From assembly GCA_965262485.1 (NCBI GenBank), contig OZ253540.1:532711-596710 (forward strand): a stretch of 64,000 bases of DNA, given 5' to 3'. This DNA comes from Dehalococcoidia bacterium. Lineage in GTDB: Bacteria > Chloroflexota > Dehalococcoidia > Lucifugimonadales > UBA3495. Under the pieces are notes generated by a model, which was not told the DNA's origin, ran no database searches, and saw nothing but the letters and a program-made list of their open reading frames with translations. A program made the translations under genes and the position numbers. This document shows positions 55,554-64,000 of the stretch, in pieces. Every line of letters starts with the position of its first letter. Positions within the stretch are counted from its first letter, which is position 1.

Positions 55554-56294
55554 CTAGGCGTCCAGTATTTGGGCAAGGTCAGCGTCCGCCTCTGCGTCCT
55601 GACTCGCGACGCGAAACTCGATGCTGTCCAGCTCGGTTTCTTCTTCCGCGGGTGGCGGCATTATCTGTCCCTTGTAAATCCAGACCTTGATACCGATGCG
55701 CCCCATCGCCGTGTGGGCCTCTGCCAGCGCATAGTCGATGTCGGCCCGCAGTGTGTGCAGGGGCACCCGGCCCATCATCAGCTTCTCGGTCCGGGCAATT
55801 TCGGAGCCGGAGATCCTACCCTTGGTAATGATCTTGACGCCCTCGGCGCCGGCCTGCATGGTTCGCAGGGCAGCCTGTCGCATGGCTCGCCGGTAGGCGA
55901 CGCGCCGGCTGAGTTGGTCTGCGATGTTTCGACCCACCAGGAAAGGATCCATCTCCGGCTGCTCGATTTCTATGATATTGAGGCGCATCTGGCCGCGGGA
56001 CATGGTCTCTAATTTGGCACGCAGCCCCTTGACGCGGTCGCCGTCGCGTCCGATGAGAATACCCGGCCGTGCTGAGTGGATGTTGATGATGATTTCCTGA
56101 GCAGTGCGGTCGATTTCGATTTTGGCGATACCGGCGTCGGAGAATGAACGGTACTCGCGGTGGATAGCCCGACGGAGCGCCAGATCTCCCTGTACACCAG
56201 CACGATATTGGGCGCCGTTATTGGCATACCAATGGGTTTTCCAGTCTTTGATGATTCCCAATCGGAAACCGTAAGGATGTGTTTTGTGGCCCAT
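55554..56294 (-). CDS. rpsC: 30S ribosomal protein S3
   Basis: MGHKTHPYGFRLGIIKDWKTHWYA...GRISGSEIAR. Confidence 0.95.
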   Translation of the reverse strand: MGHKTHPYGFRLGIIKDWKTHWYANNGAQYRAGVQGDLALRRAIHREYRSFSDAGIAKIEIDRTAQEIIINIHSARPGILIGRDGDRVKGLRAKLETMSRGQMRLNIIEIEQPEMDPFLVGRNIADQLSRRVAYRRAMRQAALRTMQAGAEGVKIITKGRISGSEIARTEKLMMGRVPLHTLRADIDYALAEAHTAMGRIGIKVWIYKGQIMPPPAEEETELDSIEFRVASQDAEADADLAQILDA

Positions 56295-56297
56295 AAT

Positions 56298-56642
56298 TTA
56301 GCCCTCCTGAATCTCGTCCACTTCAATGATGATGTGGCTGGACCGGCGAGTTACTCGACCGATGCGCCCACGAGCCCGCGGACGAAAGCGTTTGAGCGGA
56401 CGGGCCTGGTCAGCGGATATACGCGTGATGCGGAGCGTCTCGCGACTCATAAACAGATTGTTTTCGGCGTTGGATGCCGCTGATTGCACTACTTTGGCCA
56501 CTGATCGGGCCCACGGGGAAGTCATCAGACCAAGCTGATCCAGGGCATCATTCACGGTCATCCCGCGCACGGCGTCCATGATTGGTTTGAGGCGTTTGGG
56601 GGATGCCCCGACTTGTTTGGCCATTGCCCTGACTGCCGGCAT
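56298..56642 (-). CDS. rplV: 50S ribosomal protein L22
   Basis: AMAKQVGASPKRLKPIMDAVRGMTVNDAL...RFRPRARGRIGRVTRRSSHI. Confidence 0.95.
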   Translation of the reverse strand: MPAVRAMAKQVGASPKRLKPIMDAVRGMTVNDALDQLGLMTSPWARSVAKVVQSAASNAENNLFMSRETLRITRISADQARPLKRFRPRARGRIGRVTRRSSHIIIEVDEIQEG

Positions 56643-56646
56643 GGGG

Positions 56647-56931
56647 TTACCTCACTCTGCTGGTACGTTCGGAGCGCGACACGTGGCCGCGGTACGTACG
56701 AGTCGGTGCGAACTCCCCGAGGCGGTGGCCAACCATGTTTTCGGTGATGAATACCGGTACATGGCGGCGTCCATCATGGACACCGAAATTCAACCCGACC
56801 ATTTCGGGCATGATCATGGAGTCACGGGACCAGGTACGGATAACGGTGGCTTCACCGGATTCTCTAACCCGGTTAACCTTCTTGAGCAATTTGGGGTGGA
56901 CGTACGGGCCCTTTTTTACTGATCTTGACAT
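56647..56931 (-). CDS. rpsS: 30S ribosomal protein S19
   Basis: [19 protein letters not shown]...[16 protein letters not shown]. Confidence 0.95.
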   Translation of the reverse strand: MSRSVKKGPYVHPKLLKKVNRVRESGEATVIRTWSRDSMIMPEMVGLNFGVHDGRRHVPVFITENMVGHRLGEFAPTRTYRGHVSRSERTSRVR

Positions 56932-56984
56932 ATCGACAAATGCCTGAAGTTTAGTGCGCCTGATATTCCAATTGTTACCGGAGA

Positions 56985-57821
56985 TTACCGCCGTTGCCGC
57001 CGTCCACGAGTGATAAAGCGGCTTGACGTCTTGTTCTTGTTGCGGGTTTTATGGCCCAGGGTAGGTTTGCCGGTGGGGGATTTGGGGCCGGGCATACCGA
57101 TTGGGGAGCGGCCTTCGCCGCCGCCGTGCGGATGGTCCACCGGATTTTTCGCCACGCCGCGAACGTGAGGGCGGCGGCCCAGATGTCGTTTGGCGCCGGC
57201 CTTCCCCAGGCTCTCGTTTTTGTGGTCGGGATTCGAAAGCTGCCCGATACTGGCGCGGCAGTTGAGGAGGATGCGGCGCATTTCCCCGGACGGCAGGCGT
57301 ATAAGTACGTATTCGCCTTCCCTGGACAGAACCTGGGCGCCGGTGCCCGCTCCGCGCACCAACTGACCGCCACGACCGGGAGTGAGTTCCAGGTTGTGGA
57401 CTACCGTACCGGTCGGTATGTTGCGCAGCGGCAATGAGTTGCCGGGGCTAATCTCGGCGTCGGGCCCGGAACTGATTCTGTCGCCCACTGAAAGGTTCAC
57501 CGGAGCCAGGATGTAGGATTTCTCTCCGTCGATGTAGTGCAGAAGGGCGATGCGAGTGGTGCGATTCGGGTCGTATTCGATTGTCTTGACGACCGCTGGG
57601 ACGCCGTCTTTACGGCGTTTGAAATCGACGCGGCGGTACATTCGGCGGGAACCGCCTCCGCGATGGTAAGCAGTGATGCGACCCTTGTTGTTCCGACCGC
57701 CCCGTTTCTGAAGCGGTTCGAGCAACGATTTCTCGGGTTGGTTGGTGGTTATCTCTTCGAACGAAGGGCGAACCGCATTCCGTGTGCCGGGGGTTACTGG
57801 CCGCAGATTTTTGAGGGGCAT
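56985..57821 (-). CDS. rplB: 50S ribosomal protein L2
   Basis: [15 protein letters not shown]...[16 protein letters not shown]...[20 protein letters not shown]. Confidence 0.95.
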   Translation of the reverse strand: MPLKNLRPVTPGTRNAVRPSFEEITTNQPEKSLLEPLQKRGGRNNKGRITAYHRGGGSRRMYRRVDFKRRKDGVPAVVKTIEYDPNRTTRIALLHYIDGEKSYILAPVNLSVGDRISSGPDAEISPGNSLPLRNIPTGTVVHNLELTPGRGGQLVRGAGTGAQVLSREGEYVLIRLPSGEMRRILLNCRASIGQLSNPDHKNESLGKAGAKRHLGRRPHVRGVAKNPVDHPHGGGEGRSPIGMPGPKSPTGKPTLGHKTRNKNKTSSRFITRGRRQRR

Positions 57822-57884
57822 ATCGTTTTATTCTCGCTGTTATACGCAATGGAGGGTCGGAGGCAATTGTGGGAGGGGCAACTT

Positions 57885-58169
57885 TTACAGTCCCTCGATC
57901 AAATTGATCCGATCACCCTGCCGGAGGGTTACTACGGCTTTTTTAACGTCGGGCCGCTTTTTGAATCGAGGACCGTAACGCTTCTTTTTGCCCCGATTCA
58001 TGGTGATGTTTACGCTGAGAACAGTAACATTGAAGTTCTGTTCGACGGCCTGCTTCACCAGCGTTTTGTTGGCTTTAGGGGCGATCTCGAAAGTGTATTG
58101 GCCCTCTTCCTGAAGCAGCGTGCTTTTTTCAGTGATGGTGGGCCGCAGAAGAACCGAGCTGATGTGCAT
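57885..58169 (-). CDS. rplW: 50S ribosomal protein L23
   Basis: MHISSVLLRPTITEKSTLLQEEGQYTFEIAPKANKTLVKQAVEQNFNV. The ORF-track extension to 58505 overlaps rplD. Confidence 0.95.
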   Translation of the reverse strand: MHISSVLLRPTITEKSTLLQEEGQYTFEIAPKANKTLVKQAVEQNFNVTVLSVNITMNRGKKKRYGPRFKKRPDVKKAVVTLRQGDRINLIEGL

Positions 58170-58171
58170 GA

Positions 58172-58834
58172 TTAATTCACTTCCGAAGTAGCGCGCCGAG
58201 AGCGGTGTCTGGGAGCCGTGCATTGCTCTTCGATACGCTGTATCGCATCCACTGTAATCAGGACAGTGTGCCGTTTGAGCACGTCGTTGGCGTTGACAAG
58301 GTCCGAAGGCAGTGTCCAGACCTGGCCCAGGTTCCCGCCGGCGCGGGCCACGTCCTGTTGGGCGGTGCCGGTCACGATCAGCACAGACCCGGCAACGTCC
58401 AGTTGCGCCAGCAGTTGTTTCATCGACTTGGTGCGTCCGTCCAGGGTATCCAGCGAATCGATGCACACGAGACCGCCCTGGCGGATTTTCTCGGACAACA
58501 CGCACTTGAGTGCGTTGCGGCGCATGGCTCGGGGCAGACTCTTCCGGTAGTCACGGGGTTTGGGGCCGAACGCGATTCCGCCGTGCCGCCATTGAGGCGA
58601 CCGGATGCTGCCCTGGCGCGCCCGCCCGGTGTGTTTCTGGATCCATGGCTTCCGCCCGCCCCCAGACACCTCGGCGCGAGTGCGTGTGGAGTGGGTGCCC
58701 TGCCGCTGGTTGGCCTGGTAAATAACCAGGGCTTGATGGACCAGCGTCTGGTTCATTGGAACGTTGAATACGGCGTCATCGACGTTAATGGTGTCAATTG
58801 AGTCGCCGTTTTGATTTCTGACGGGAATTTCCAT
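58172..58834 (-). CDS. rplD: 50S ribosomal protein L4
   Basis: MEIPVRNQNGDSIDTINV...GGGRKPWIQKHTGRARQGSIRSPQWRHGG. Confidence 0.95.
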   Translation of the reverse strand: MEIPVRNQNGDSIDTINVDDAVFNVPMNQTLVHQALVIYQANQRQGTHSTRTRAEVSGGGRKPWIQKHTGRARQGSIRSPQWRHGGIAFGPKPRDYRKSLPRAMRRNALKCVLSEKIRQGGLVCIDSLDTLDGRTKSMKQLLAQLDVAGSVLIVTGTAQQDVARAGGNLGQVWTLPSDLVNANDVLKRHTVLITVDAIQRIEEQCTAPRHRSRRATSEVN

Positions 58835-58866
58835 AGGTGGGTTTGTCCCCTGAAAAACTTGAAAAA

Positions 58867-59493
58867 TCAGGCTCGGCTCTTGCCGGTTTTGCGGATAGTC
58901 ACTGAACTGTTGGGAGCCCCGGGCACGCCGCCTTTGACCATCAGGAGATTCCGTTCCGTATCTACGCGTACCACTTCCAGACCCTTGCACGTTACCCTGC
59001 GGTTACCCATGTGTCCGGACATTTTGAGGCCTTTGAACACCTTGCCGGGGGTGGTTCCCCCGCCAATGGAGCCAGGCGCGCGCTGCCGGTCGGATTGGCC
59101 GTGGGTGCGTGGACCGCCGTGGAAACCGTGCCGTTTCATCGTACCGGCAAATCCCTTACCCTTGGACTTGCCTATGATGTCCACAATCTCACCGGGCTCG
59201 AATATATCCACGGTTACCAGTTGACCGACTTCATACCCCGCGATGTCGCTGGCCGGTACTTCTTGAAGCCGGCGCCCGATCTGACTGCCCTTGAGGTGGC
59301 CGCTTTCGGGTTTGTTGGGCTTGCGAACCCTGCCGAAACCAAGCTGAACGGATTCGTGCCCGTCCTTTTCGACGGTACGGATTTGCGTTACCGAACACGG
59401 ACCCGCCTCGATGATGGTTACTGGCACCACATGTCCGGCGTCATTGAACACCTGGGTCATTCCGATTTTTTTGCCTAGAAACGCGTTGAGCAT
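58867..59493 (-). CDS. rplC: 50S ribosomal protein L3
   Basis: MLNAFLGKKIGMTQVF...GKSKGKGFAGTMKRHGF. Confidence 0.95.
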   Translation of the reverse strand: MLNAFLGKKIGMTQVFNDAGHVVPVTIIEAGPCSVTQIRTVEKDGHESVQLGFGRVRKPNKPESGHLKGSQIGRRLQEVPASDIAGYEVGQLVTVDIFEPGEIVDIIGKSKGKGFAGTMKRHGFHGGPRTHGQSDRQRAPGSIGGGTTPGKVFKGLKMSGHMGNRRVTCKGLEVVRVDTERNLLMVKGGVPGAPNSSVTIRKTGKSRA

Positions 59494-59621
59494 ATTGGTT
59501 CTCTTTTCGGGTTTCGATTTGTGAATGGTTTGGACAGATGAATCGGCGGCGGTGGCTCGTGAGCCTGCCGCCAGCCAGGATGTTCTTTATTTTGACGGAG
59601 TCGGTGGAGGGTCAAGCCTGA

Positions 59622-59933
59622 TTAGAGCTTGATTGAGATATCCACCCCTGCCGGCATGTTGAGCCTGGTCAAAGCGTCTATCGTTTTGCTGGTGGGTTCC
59701 ATGATGTCCAACAGGCGCTTGTGTGTGCGAATTTCGAAGTGTTCCCGGGAATCTTTATCAACGTGGGGCCCACGAATGACACAGAACCTTCTGATTTGAG
59801 TGGGCAGCGGGACTGGCCCGGCCACACGAGCGCCGGTCAATTCGGCCGTTTCCACTATTTGCACACTGGATTGGTCAAGGACTTTGTGGTCAAAGGCCTT
59901 GAGTATGATTCGCATTTGTTGCCGGGAAACCAT
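59622..59933 (-). CDS. rpsJ: 30S ribosomal protein S10
   Basis: [22 protein letters not shown]...GPVPLPT. The alternative start, TTG 59948, is less likely. Confidence 0.95.
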   Translation of the reverse strand: MVSRQQMRIILKAFDHKVLDQSSVQIVETAELTGARVAGPVPLPTQIRRFCVIRGPHVDKDSREHFEIRTHKRLLDIMEPTSKTIDALTRLNMPAGVDISIKL

Positions 59934-59989
59934 AAGTGAATGTTGCAACGCTCCTGAATTATGATTGGCTACCGCAGCGCGGATCGCCC

Positions 59990-62071
59990 CTAACCGGTTT
60001 TTACGATGCTTCGCGCCAGGTGCTCCGGTACTGGTTCGTAGTGTCGGAACTCCATCGTGTACGAAGCACGGCCTCTGGTGATAGATCTGAGAGCCGTTGT
60101 GTAAGCAAACGTTTCCCCGAGGGGAATCATTGCCCGCACGGTTTGGAGACCGTCCTGGCCTTCAATGCTTCGGATCTGGGCACGTCTTCCGCCCAAGTCG
60201 CCAAGCACGTCACTCAAGAACTCGCCCGGTGTAACTACTTCCATCTCGAAGAACGGTTCCTGCAACACCGGAGCGCCCTTGCGGGCTCCTTCCCTAACGG
60301 CCAGCATAGCCGCTGAGCGGAAGGCCATTTCAGACGAGTCTACCGTATGGTAGCTACCATCTACCAGAGTGACCTTCAAATCGACCAAAGGATACCCTGC
60401 CATGGGCCCATTGTCCAGTGCCTGTTTCACGCCATTCTCGATACCAGGGATAAATTGGCGAGGGATATCACCGCCGGAGATGCCGTTGACGAACAGGTTG
60501 CCATCGCCACGTTCCTGGGGTTCGATCACCAACCAAACGTGGCCGTACTGACCGTGTCCGCCCGTCTGACGGACGAAACGGCCTTCGATACGCACCGGTT
60601 TGGTGAGGGTTTCGCGGTAGGCAACGCGGGGTTGTCCCACGCGAGCTTCAACGTCGAATTCGCGGCGCATACGGTCAACCAGAACCTCCAGGTGGAGTTC
60701 ACCCATACCGGAGATCACGGTCTGGCCGGTTTCGTCGTTGAACCGGACTACGAAAGTGGGATCCTCTTCCGACAGTTTGCGCAGGGCTTCGCCAAGCTTG
60801 TCCTGGTCGGCACGGGTGGCCGGTTCGATAGCGACGGAAACGACGGGCTCCGGGAAATGTGGCGGTTCCAGGATCACAGGCCGGTGATCGGTGCAAATGG
60901 TGTCGCCGGTGAAAGTATCTTTCAGACCGACGGCGGCGCAGATATTGCCGGAAGTAATCATCTGCAACTCTTCGCGGTGGTTGGCGTGCATGCGTAGCAG
61001 GCGACCCATGCGTTCGCGGTTGCCACGGGTGGAATTGACAACAACCGCTCCGGACTCTACCTTTCCCGAATAAATGCGCAGGAACACCAGACGGCCAACA
61101 TAAGGGTCTACCACCACTTTGAAGGCCAGAGCGGAAAGCGGTTCGCTATCTACAGGCTCCCGGATTTCAGTAGATTCCGTGCCCGGAACCGTGCCCTCGA
61201 CTGCTGGCACGTCCAGCGGCGAGGGGAGGTAACTGATGATTGCATCCAGCAACGGGTGGATACCCTTGCCGCGCATGGCGCTGCCGCACAAAACGGGAAC
61301 GAGTTGGCGGCTGATGGTGGCGTTCCGCAGGGCGGCGCGAAGATCATCGCCGCAGATTTCTTCGCCCTCCAGGTACTTTATCAACAGGGCTTCGTCAGTT
61401 TCGACGATTTTCTCAATCATCTCCTGCCGATAATCCTGATAGGACTGCTCGTATTCGGCCGGTATCGGCACGATTTCCGGTGGTTCCGCTACGTCATCCC
61501 GGCCATCTGAATACATGATGGCCTGGCCTTCAATTAGATCCACCACTCCGCGGAACTGGTCTTCAGATCCGATGGGCACCTGCACCGGAACGGGGTTTCC
61601 CTTCAGGCGTCGTCGTACCGATTCAATGGTGCGTTCATAGGAAGCGCCGACCCGGTCCATCTTGTTGACGAAACAGATTCGAGGCACGTTGTAGGTGTCT
61701 GCTTGCCGCCATACCGTTTCCGACTGGGGTTGGACACCGGCTACAGCGTCCAGTACAACGATACCGCCGTCCAGCACTCGCAGGCTGCGTTCAACTTCTG
61801 CGGTGAAGTCTACGTGGCCAGGCGTGTCGATGATGTTGACCTGATGGTTGCGCCAATACGCAGTGGTAGCGGCGGCAGTGATTGTGATGCCTCTTTCCTT
61901 TTCCTGAGGCATCCAGTCCATTGCGGTCGTGCCCTGATCCACGCCGCCTACCTTGCGGATGCGGCCCGTAAGGTAAAGCACGCGCTCCGTTACGGTGGTC
62001 TTACCGGCGTCGATGTGGGCGATAAACCCTATGTTGCGAAGATTCTTCGCTGGGGTTTGAACAGTAGTCAT
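59990..62071 (-). CDS. fusA: elongation factor G
   Basis: 693 aa with [26 protein letters not shown], and the domain IV/V pattern. Confidence 0.95.
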   Translation of the reverse strand: MTTVQTPAKNLRNIGFIAHIDAGKTTVTERVLYLTGRIRKVGGVDQGTTAMDWMPQEKERGITITAAATTAYWRNHQVNIIDTPGHVDFTAEVERSLRVLDGGIVVLDAVAGVQPQSETVWRQADTYNVPRICFVNKMDRVGASYERTIESVRRRLKGNPVPVQVPIGSEDQFRGVVDLIEGQAIMYSDGRDDVAEPPEIVPIPAEYEQSYQDYRQEMIEKIVETDEALLIKYLEGEEICGDDLRAALRNATISRQLVPVLCGSAMRGKGIHPLLDAIISYLPSPLDVPAVEGTVPGTESTEIREPVDSEPLSALAFKVVVDPYVGRLVFLRIYSGKVESGAVVVNSTRGNRERMGRLLRMHANHREELQMITSGNICAAVGLKDTFTGDTICTDHRPVILEPPHFPEPVVSVAIEPATRADQDKLGEALRKLSEEDPTFVVRFNDETGQTVISGMGELHLEVLVDRMRREFDVEARVGQPRVAYRETLTKPVRIEGRFVRQTGGHGQYGHVWLVIEPQERGDGNLFVNGISGGDIPRQFIPGIENGVKQALDNGPMAGYPLVDLKVTLVDGSYHTVDSSEMAFRSAAMLAVREGARKGAPVLQEPFFEMEVVTPGEFLSDVLGDLGGRRAQIRSIEGQDGLQTVRAMIPLGETFAYTTALRSITRGRASYTMEFRHYEPVPEHLARSIVKTG

Positions 62072-62173
62072 CCAGATTCCTAATATTACCGATTGAAGAT
62101 GCGCGGGCGATGGTGATTATTATTTGAGACGCTGAATGTATTGCGCGATATAAAGCCGCGGGATTGATTGAAT

Positions 62174-62644
62174 CTATCTGCGGTAATGTACGAACGCTCG
62201 GTTGGCCTCGGCCATCCGGTGCAGTTCTTCCCGGCGACGGACGGCTGAACCCTCGCCCCGGGCGGCATCCAGAAACTCATTGGCCAACCCACGCGCCATG
62301 CGAATTCCGTTGCGGGCGCGGGCGCCGCGAATTATCCAGCGCATGGCCAGCGCTTCGCTGCGGGTGGTGCGTAGTTCCACCGGAACCTGATAAGTGGCGC
62401 CGCCAACGCGCCGGGGACGCACTTCCACCAGGGGGGTTGCGTTCCGTAGCGCGGTGGAGAACACGGTCATTGGGTCCTGGCTGGAATCCACGCGAACCAG
62501 TTCCAGAGCGTCGTACACCAGACGTTGGGCCGTGGACTTCTTTCCCTTCAACATCACCCGGTTGATGAACTTGGACAACTCGAGGTTGTTGTACCTCGGG
62601 TCCGGTTTGATGATGCGGGGTTCTGCACGTCGCCTTCGTGACAT
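62174..62644 (-). CDS. rpsG: 30S ribosomal protein S7
   Basis: MSRRRRAEPRIIKPDPRYNN...VEVRPRRVGGATYQVP. The ORF-track extension to 62707 is spurious. Confidence 0.95.
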   Translation of the reverse strand: MSRRRRAEPRIIKPDPRYNNLELSKFINRVMLKGKKSTAQRLVYDALELVRVDSSQDPMTVFSTALRNATPLVEVRPRRVGGATYQVPVELRTTRSEALAMRWIIRGARARNGIRMARGLANEFLDAARGEGSAVRRREELHRMAEANRAFVHYRR

Positions 62645-62728
62645 ATCACTATCTACCTTATTGTTAGAGTAAGCCACCCCCCCGGTCGGGGGGGTGATGT
62701 TCAACAAGCTTTCGACTGGCGCGGAGAC

Positions 62729-63139
62729 TCAGCCCTTGCGAGTGCCGTACTTGCTTCGGCCCTGGCGGCGCCCGCCTACACCTTCGGTATCAAGGTTGCT
62801 GCGTACTACGTGATAGCGTACACCCGGCAGGTCTTTGACGCGACCACCGCGAATAAGGACCACCGAGTGTTCTTGCAGATTGTGACCTTCGCCGCCGATG
62901 TAGGCGGTTACTTCCACGCCATTGGTGAGCCTGACCCGGCAAATCTTACGCAGTGCGGAGTTCGGCTTTTTGGGGGTCATGGTCCGAACCTGGATGCAAA
63001 CACCTCGGCGTTGCGGGCAACCTGGCCCCCAGCGCGTGCGGTTGCGCAAGGAGTTCTGGACCCAATGCAAGGCCGGAGCTTTGGTCCCTTTACGCACCGG
63101 CTTGCGACCTTTTCTAACCAATTGATTTACGGTTGGCAT
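62729..63139 (-). CDS. rpsL: 30S ribosomal protein S12 (with internal ~16-aa insertion)
   Basis: [13 protein letters not shown]...KAPAL[[16 protein letters not shown]]CPQRRGVC...[11 protein letters not shown]...[23 protein letters not shown] precedes ATG 63139. Confidence 0.95.
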   Translation of the reverse strand: MPTVNQLVRKGRKPVRKGTKAPALHWVQNSLRNRTRWGPGCPQRRGVCIQVRTMTPKKPNSALRKICRVRLTNGVEVTAYIGGEGHNLQEHSVVLIRGGRVKDLPGVRYHVVRSNLDTEGVGGRRQGRSKYGTRKG

Positions 63140-63191
63140 AATTCGCCTCTCGCTGCCGAAACAGGAATAAAAATCGGTGCAGCGACAGACA

Positions 63192-63221
63192 ATTGTACCC
63201 ACGGCTGTGAAAGAATGTCAA
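63192..63221 (-). promoter_or_regulatory. candidate str-operon promoter (TTGACA-N18-TACAAT on minus strand)
   Basis: On the plus strand, ATTGTA is at 63192-63197 and TGTCAA at 63216-63221, about 50 nt upstream of the rpsL ATG. Confidence 0.55.
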
Positions 63222-63234
63222 CCAACTATCTGTC

Positions 63235-63437
63235 CTCACGCGTACCCGCTTTGTCAAACCAAACCGGCCTACTGTCAATGCGAGGAGCGCCCGCTCATCC
63301 TGAGCTTGTCGAGGGACGTGGCAACCTCGCTGAGGTTGAACCCACGTCGGCAAACCACCATTGCTATGGCGACGAGATTGCCAACCCCCGCATCGAGTAC
63401 GGGGTCGCAATGACAGATTAAAGCGGGTGCGCGTGAG
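63235..63437 (+). mobile_element. MITE-like element, family B (about 203 bp)
   Basis: TIRs CTCACGCGTACCCGCTTT (63235-63252) and AAAGCGGGTGCGCGTGAG (63420-63437) match 17/18. The interior is collinear with the reverse complement of 15114-15311, plus an extra CCGCTCATCCTGAGCTTGTCGAGGGA module. No clean target duplication is visible at this copy. Confidence 0.75.
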
Positions 63438-63769
63438 CCTACTAACGGCCTCAAATTTGGTGGGCAGTTTTGTGCAGATAAGCAAGTTCTGTGTCCCGCG
63501 CACGTTCGCGCCGCAGGGCCTTTTCAAAGTCCTCCGACCTCGGTTCTGTTGCATTTGTAGGATAGTTAGGCGGGTTCCGTTTGATTTCGGTTGTCATGAG
63601 TGACAGGATGACTGCGGCATAGTCGTGGGAAGTCCCACAGCATCCACATAGGCACCACAGGGTTTCACCGGATAGAGGCATCGTGCCTCTCTTGCGGGAA
63701 GCCCTGTGCTTTCGGGAACCCGGCGACTATGCCAAGTAGCCCTATCCTGGCCGCAAGGGAGGTTCCAGA

Positions 63770-63976
63770 ATGAATTACACCAGGGTCGCCTCCGCTTTGG
63801 TCGGTGCCGCTTTGATCATAACAACAGGCCTGCTGTGTGCAGCGGCCTGCACCGCGCCGAAGCCTTTACCCACCCACACGCCCTACCCAACCTACACCCC
63901 TACCCGCCGACACCAACGCCCAGGGCAACACTGCCCTCTCGCCCAACATTGCCCCCAAGACCGCCGCCTATCGTAA
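63770..63976 (+). CDS. putative secreted/lipoprotein with Pro/Thr-rich linker (reading frame downstream uncertain)
   Basis: GGGAGG RBS and signal-like MNYTRVASALVGAALIITTGLLCAAAC. The ORF stops at 63976, but a Pro/Thr-rich frame stays open to the window end. Confidence 0.4.
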   Translation: MNYTRVASALVGAALIITTGLLCAAACTAPKPLPTHTPYPTYTPTRRHQRPGQHCPLAQHCPQDRRLS

Positions 63977-64000
63977 CATTGCCGCCTATCGCAACGCTGG

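Noticed and set aside
63451-63681. 76-aa minus-strand ORF upstream of the str promoter region.
   Set aside because: It has no RBS before either candidate ATG and no recognisable motif. It also has a Cys-rich, odd N-terminus. It is left uncalled.

Overview
This is a high-GC bacterial chromosomal segment. The gene content, the S-box riboswitch, the DUF5679/Uma2/LLM-rich repertoire and the repeat vocabulary suggest a Chloroflexota-like organism, but that placement is inference only.

Bases 1-41.6k are a mixed metabolic region. It holds an aldehyde dehydrogenase, a PIG-L deacetylase, an isochorismatase, two LLM oxidoreductases, argH (frame-broken) and rpe. It also holds a cyclase + AtzG-like + amidase trio, a disulfide oxidoreductase, lactonase and NHL propellers, tRNA-Ala(GGC), an Eis-type GNAT, an M19 dipeptidase and bluB. 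A long minus-strand operon carries acyl-CoA dehydrogenases and a fused EtfBA, followed by pncB. An S-box (SAM-I) riboswitch heads a methionine-salvage/methyl-cycle cluster (mtnA, mtnP, rhodanese, ahcY, metK).

Bases 41.6-63.2k on the minus strand are one contiguous str-S10-spc-alpha ribosomal super-operon, rpsL through rpsI. It has 37 genes, including rpmJ, which the ORF track misses, and it has no tuf.

Accessory or unusual content:
- A HEPN-MNT pair sits beside an Mrr relic, and an MmcB-like nuclease lies nearby.
- A Uma2 nuclease gene occupies the place of a deleted prpD/mmgE gene body.
- A PaREP1/HEPN-like gene pair is wedged between two acyl-CoA dehydrogenase genes. One protein is single-domain and keeps an Rx5H motif; the other is a degenerate tandem-domain protein.
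- Two MITE-like element families have clean terminal inverted repeats and target-site duplications. They sit just upstream of predicted promoter -35 boxes.
- Several intergenic blocks are built from a small vocabulary of GC-rich palindromic modules.

All functional calls rest on motif recognition by eye. No database search was run.
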